64,000 nucleotides of DNA from Octopus sinensis (lineage: Eukaryota): contig NC_043025.1 of the NCBI RefSeq assembly GCF_006345805.1, positions 10,850,001-10,914,000 of the forward strand, in the 5' to 3' direction. The notes beneath the pieces are model-generated. The model ran no database searches. It had not been told where the DNA came from and worked only from the letters and a program-made list of their open reading frames with translations. A program made the translations under genes and the position numbers. This document shows, one piece after another, positions 58,083 to 64,000 of the stretch. The first letter of the stretch is position 1. The number at the start of each line of letters is the position of its first letter.

Positions 58083-58682
58083 GCCTTTGCTAATTCTCTA
58101 TTATTCTCCTACCAGTCTTCTCATAAATCCCTATATATTCTTCTAATATCTAGATCAAAATATTTCAGGACAAGACAAACGCACCCCCCAAGACCAGAAA
58201 TACCACATAAAATCTTAAAACACACACATGTTTCTTCTGATAAATTGTTATATTTTCTTATAATAATTGGACCACAATATTCAGGATAAGACAAAATACA
58301 CACAACCCCAAATAACAACAGCCAAATCTATGAAGAAAAGTCCACAAAAAATCAGACATTCTGAGTTTCCGTTTCTTTTTAGGGTTGTTCTGCTCAACAC
58401 GAATTCCTGCAACAACTGGGAACTTTGCTGCAAAAAATAAATAAATAAATAAATATATAAATAAATATATAAACAAGCAAATAAATGAATAAATAAAGTA
58501 GTAGCTATTCAACATCTGGTGTTTGGCATATTTCTTTTATAGGTGCAGGTATGGCTGTGTGGTAAGAAGTTAGCTTCCCACCCGAATTGATTTTGGGTTC
58601 AGCCCCACTGCATGGCACCTTGGGCAAGTGTCTTCTACTATAGCCTTGAACCAACCAAAGTTTTGTGTATATATATATATAA

Positions 58683-58898
58683 AAGTAAATAAATGGAGTT
58701 GAACGAAGATGTTATTAAAATTCTTTTACTTTCTACATATATAATGTCTTGTTGAGATATGCTCTCTTTCTTTCCTGATGAGAAGATTGCATTTTACACC
58801 GTTTATTCCTTTGGAATAAAACCAATGTCATCTTTGAAACATATGTCGAAAGTAAAAGAATTTTAATAACATCTTCGTTCAACTCCATTTATTTACTT
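58683..58898. repeat. Perfect 51-bp inverted repeat enclosing the hammerhead
   Basis: Arms 58683-58733 and 58848-58898. Confidence 0.95.
58770..58852 (+). ncRNA. Type I hammerhead ribozyme motif
   Basis: Stem I ctttc/gaaag, CTGATGA, long stem II, GAAA, palindromic stem III acatatgt, GTC site (C58847). Confidence 0.75.
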
Positions 58899-59022
58899 AT
58901 ACTACACAAATTACTGCACATTAACCCGGAGTTTCTACATTTGAATAGGTCGCAACATTCACGCAAGTAACAAGGATGAGTGTGTGTATGTGCATATATA
59001 TATATACATATATAGATAGATG

Positions 59023-59075
<53 letters not shown>

Positions 59076-59344
59076 TTGGATGGATGGATATATATATATA
59101 TATATATATACATACATACATACAAACACAGACACGCAAACTTATACACACACACATATATATATATATATATAGATATATATATATTATATATAAAAGA
59201 GCAATAAAGATTCAAGTTAATTTAAATGAATTTACTTGAATATGGTACCTAACTTAGATGCACCAAAAAAAAACTATACTGATTTAACAATACAGTAATG
59301 TGGGGTGATTATAAGCGAGAAAGAAGCAACAAGAATGGATAGGT

Positions 59345-59435
59345 TTTTAGTACGATCGTTTCATACAAGGACAGGTTTTATTAAAAGTTGCAAAGATTAC
59401 AGCATATAAACGAGTCCCGTACTCATCAGCTAAAA
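59345..59435 (-). ncRNA. Type I hammerhead ribozyme motif
   Basis: ttttag-CTGATGA-gtacgggac..gtccttgtat-GAAA-cgatcgt-A-ctaaaa. Confidence 0.75.
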
Positions 59436-59969
59436 TACATGTGAGATCTCTAGACATCCTAGTGTTTGAGGCTATACTCATGAAGTAATGTAGATAATTA
59501 ACATAAACAGATTTCTAAAGTTCATTAAAGTTCTTTAAAGATGATGTACAGTCTTATCACAGAATTTTAAAAAAGTTTGATAGCATCACAGAGAAGGTGA
59601 CCTAATCCATATGAATTTCCATAGATATGATGAGGGATTATATACTCATATACATATATATGATGGGCTTCTTTCAGTTTCTGTCTACCAAATTTACTCA
59701 CAAGGCTTTGGTCGACCCGAGGCTGTAGTAGAAGACACTTGCCCAAGGTGCCACACGCAATGGGGTTGAACCCGGAACCATCTGGCTGGTAAGAAATCTA
59801 CTTACCACACAGCCACTCCGAGAGAGAGAGGGAAGAGGAGAAATAGATATATATAGAGATTGATGGATAGACGGACAGACACTCTTAGAAAGAGACACAT
59901 TGAAAGAAAGACGGAGTGGCAGACAGACAGACATGCTACTTTGTTAGCCACACAGGGCTGCACACAGAG

Positions 59970-60008
59970 GTAGAGAGATAGATAGACAGATTGATGGATA
60001 GATAGATT

Positions 60009-60081
<73 letters not shown>

Positions 60082-60260
60082 GTAGATAGAAGATAGATAG
60101 ATAGATAGATAGACAGAGAGATAGGGATGGAGATAGATATTGATAGATAGATTGATAGATAGATAGATGGATAGATAGATTGATAGATAGATTGATAGAT
60201 AGATAGATGGATAGATAGATTGATAGATAGATAGATAAACAGATAGATGGATAGATAGAC

Positions 60261-60291
<31 letters not shown>

Positions 60292-60440
60292 CAGAGAGAT
60301 AGATGGATAGATAGATTGATAGATAGATTGATAGATAGATAGATGGATAGATAGATTGATAGATAGATTGATAGATAGATAGATGGATAGATAGATTGAT
60401 AGATAGATGGATAGATAGATAGATAAATAGACAGATAGAT
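59970..60440. repeat. (GATA)n microsatellite; continues at 61561-61690 beyond the LINE
   Basis: Direct reading. Confidence 0.94.
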
Positions 60441-61560
60441 ATGTTTCTTTATTAGCCACACAGGGCTGCACACAGACAGAACAAATTACAAGGTAGAGCT
60501 TTTCTTTTGAAGGTTTAAAAAATGAAAAAAAAAGATAGGAAGGGGGAGAGTTTCGATCAAAAGGGATCGTAAAAGGAGAGAAAAGAGACAAAAAAAAAGG
60601 GGGGTTTTTAAAAAAAGGGGGAGAGGAAAAAAAAAAAAAAATTGATCAATAGGGATCGTTATCACAGAAATGTCAATATGAAGTGTAAAGGGGAGGACAG
60701 GTGAGGGTTTACCCGTGGAAAGAAAAGCCTACGGAAAAGACCACGGTAACCTCGGTCAATCAATGAAGTCACATTTTAATTTCTTTTTTTTTTTTTGCAA
60801 AATAAGCAAACTCTGTTTTCAATTTCTGGGTTCATAGGATTATGCTCAAGGTGGTTTCGTCATTCATACGTGCCATTCTTGCTACATTCACCCATCTTTT
60901 TTTTAAAAACATTCGCTAGACAAAACTTGCCTCTCTACTCTCACTTCTTTTTCAAGTGGTACTTGAAGAAGTTGATGAGAGATTGACCAAGAGAGGAAAG
61001 TGTTTGTCTCCAATCCTTTCAAGACGCGTCCACCAGATACATTCTTTCGCCATAGCCACAAGGATGATGAAAATAGCTCTTCCTTCCGTTTGAAGGAGGG
61101 AGGGAGGCGTGACAATATTAACGATAGATTAGACTCAGCTGATAAACCAACTCGTCCCACACGTTGACAGCAGTTGTTCGACATAAGCCCACGGGTCGGG
61201 AAATTGTTGGATACTGCACGAGTGCGTGCAGAACGGTTTCGTCGCTCTGACCGCATCTAGGCAGTCAAGTCGGCCCGTGTTTCTCGAGCCGTGTCTGTAG
61301 AGCTTATCCCGAACAGGTAGCGCTTCTCGGTAGCACTGCCAGACCAGGGATCTCTGGAAGTTGTCCATGGGCCCTGGCCCGAAAGTCGTCCTGAACAGGC
61401 GGGTCAGGTACTCCTCGTCGACGTCCAGGTTCGCCCCGAGCTCATCGTCGTACCTCCCCTCCACTAAACCCTATAGAATGCTTTGGTTGTGTTGAAGTCA
61501 CTCAAGGTCGACCCAGGACGGCAGAGTTGCTTGAGAGCAACGCGACACTCGCGGTGCCAT
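60440..61560 (-). mobile_element. Tx1/L1-clade LINE 3' fragment (zf-RVT and CCHC-like region), frameshifted
   Basis: WQCYREALPVRDKL..C(P)RCGQSDETVLHALVQ; stop near 60832; AATAAA before the end; both ends in (GATA)n. Confidence 0.83.
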
Positions 61561-61582
61561 AGATAGATTGATAGATAGACAG

Positions 61583-61653
<71 letters not shown>

Positions 61654-62149
61654 CAGATTGATGGATAGATTGATAGATAGATAGACAGCATTAACGGGCA
61701 AACTGACAGACAATGCAAGAAATAGATGATCTTTACCTGTCACAATATCTCACTGTGTGGCACTTCTCACTTTTCTCTTTTTTCACTTTCTATTCTTCTC
61801 AGGGTGTGTTTTGAGTTTTTTCAAGCCTAGAACTGTACGAAGCTGAGGGCTCCAGAGAAATTCCGAATGGGAACTCAACTGTTACGGTAAAGAGAAAATT
61901 CTAATGAAGAAAAATTCACACCAAATGATGCAGAAATGCAAATACAGATTTCAAGCACATCTGAAGGCATACTCTAAGAAAATATCATAAAACGAGGAAT
62001 TAAGATCTCTTCCATGATGAGAAGAAAGTGTCCCTTGGTTTAGCAGTTATAAATCTGATTTCAAAAAGATGTCTACAGATAAAATTCGGCAATTGCATTT
62101 GCAGTCAACTAATGAATTACCAATAAATGGAAATCATATTCAACAAAAT

Positions 62150-62535
62150 CCGGGTTCAGTCCCACTGCGTGGCACCTTGGGCATGTGTCTTCTACTATAG
62201 CCTCAGGCCGACCAAATCCTTGTGAGTGGATTTGGTAGACGGAAACTGAAAAGAAGCCCGTCGTATATATGTATGTATGTATATATATATATATATATAT
62301 ATATACATGCGTGTGTGTGTTTGTGGTCTGTGTTTGTCCCTAGCATTGCTTGACAACCGATGCTGCTGGTTGTGTTTATGTCCCGTTACTTAGCGGTTCA
62401 TCAAAAGAGACTGATAGAATAAGTACTGGACTTACAAAAGAATAAGTCCCGGGGTCGAGTTGCTCGATTAAAGGCGGTGCTCCAGCATGGCTGCAGTCAA
62501 ATGACTGAAACAAGTAAAAGAGTAAAGAGTAAAGA
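62150..62535 (+). mobile_element. SINE family B, 5'-truncated
   Basis: Matches the family. Confidence 0.83.
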
Positions 62536-62552
62536 GATATATGCAAAGATAC

Positions 62553-62604
<52 letters not shown>

Positions 62605-62899
62605 GAGAGAGCAGAAAGGTAGGTATGTGGGTAGGCAGGCAGGTATGCAGGTTGCAAGGAAGGAAGGTAGGTCGGTAGGAAGATAGATAGACCATATTTA
62701 CCTGCTGGAATATCTCAATGAGTGATTGTTCTTATTTTCCTCTTTTTCTCCTATTCTTCTTTCTTTGTCTTTGAGGTTTTCAAACCCTGAACTGTAGGAT
62801 GCCAACGTCGTAATCTACAGCCTCCTTCCAAGAAATATGTAAATATTGATATATAACAGACCAATAATTTCTATTAAGATACACGCACACCCAACGACA

Positions 62900-62925
62900 C
62901 ACACGTACATACATACATACATACA

Positions 62926-62957
<32 letters not shown>

Positions 62958-63088
62958 AGTTTAGTAAAAATTTAGATTCAAATGAATATGGTACTTAATT
63001 TAGATGCACCAGAATTCTGTATGGTATTATCCATAAAAATCCGTGTCATTTTTGATGCTTATTTTGATCATATATATATATATATATG

Positions 63089-63131
<43 letters not shown>

Positions 63132-63342
63132 CATATATCATATAAACAATATATAAATATATGCATACATACATACATAGATGGATGGATATATGTATAT
63201 ATATACATACATACATATATATACATATATATATATACATACATATATACATACATACATATATATATGTATATATATCTGGTTCTAATATTTTTGTCCC
63301 TTTCTTTAATTATATATATATATGTATATATATATAAATATG

Positions 63343-63416
<74 letters not shown>

Positions 63417-63700
63417 ATATATATACATATTTATATATATACATATATATATATATAAATTAACGAAGGGACAAAAATATTAGAACCAAATTTATATCCA
63501 TATATATATATATGTATGTATATATCTATATATATATATATGTATGTATATATATATATGTATGTATATATATACATCCATCCATCTATCAATCTATCTA
63601 TCTATCTATCTATCTATATATCTATCTATCCATCCATCTATCAATCTATCTATCTATCCATCGATCTATCTATCTATCTATGTATATATGCACATACACA
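62900..63700. repeat. Compound TACA/TA/TG/TATC microsatellites
   Basis: Direct reading. Confidence 0.9.
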
Positions 63701-64000
63701 CACAAAAATTACAAAAATCGATTCCAGATGAGAATGCGATCGATAAAGACGTGGGAACGTGCATTTGTAAAATCGTTTTTCTTTGGAATAGGAAAAAAGT
63801 CTCTTTATTTCTTCTTTAGCTGGTGTCTCAAATTTAGATTAAATCAGTGTTTCTCAAAGGAGAGGGCTATGGGACGGTTGGACAAGGTATTTTGAGAAAA
63901 TATGGTTTAAATGTTTGACAACTCAGCACCGTCTATTGGACAGAGGCGTTTTTCTCATCATCATCATCATCATTATCGTTGAACGTCCGTTCTCCATGCT

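Noticed and set aside
63844-63860. cagtgtttctcaaa, a hAT-like TIR start
   Set aside because: No partner TIR or TSD inside the window.

Overview
AT-rich, microsatellite- and retroposon-saturated animal genomic DNA, most likely a coleoid cephalopod such as Octopus (inferred from repeat style; not verifiable here). One protein-coding gene is reconstructed by hand on the + strand: 19 exons (3405-48154, about 670 codons, 5' end outside the window) of a receptor-type protein tyrosine phosphatase with an EGF-like ectodomain module, one TM helix, a D1 domain with intact HCSAGVGRTG and WPD motifs, and a shortened, catalytically dead D2. All splice phases join in frame. Almost every ORF in the supplied track is a repeat or microsatellite artefact. 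Introns and the downstream region hold at least seven tRNA-headed or LINE-tailed SINE-like families, three non-autonomous Helitron families, an 8-bp-TSD MITE that amplifies into satellite arrays, RTE, CR1 and Tx1/L1 LINE 3' fragments, a fossil Chapaev3-like transposase and a U6 retrocopy. The most unusual signal is a set of hammerhead-ribozyme motifs of three architectures (two apparently intact, one inside a perfect 51-bp fold-back), probably from Penelope-like or retrozyme-like elements. Other highlights are a U6+SINE block within one 15-bp direct repeat and a Tx1-like LINE inserted in (GATA)n. Coordinates were counted by eye; repeat boundaries may be off by a few bases.
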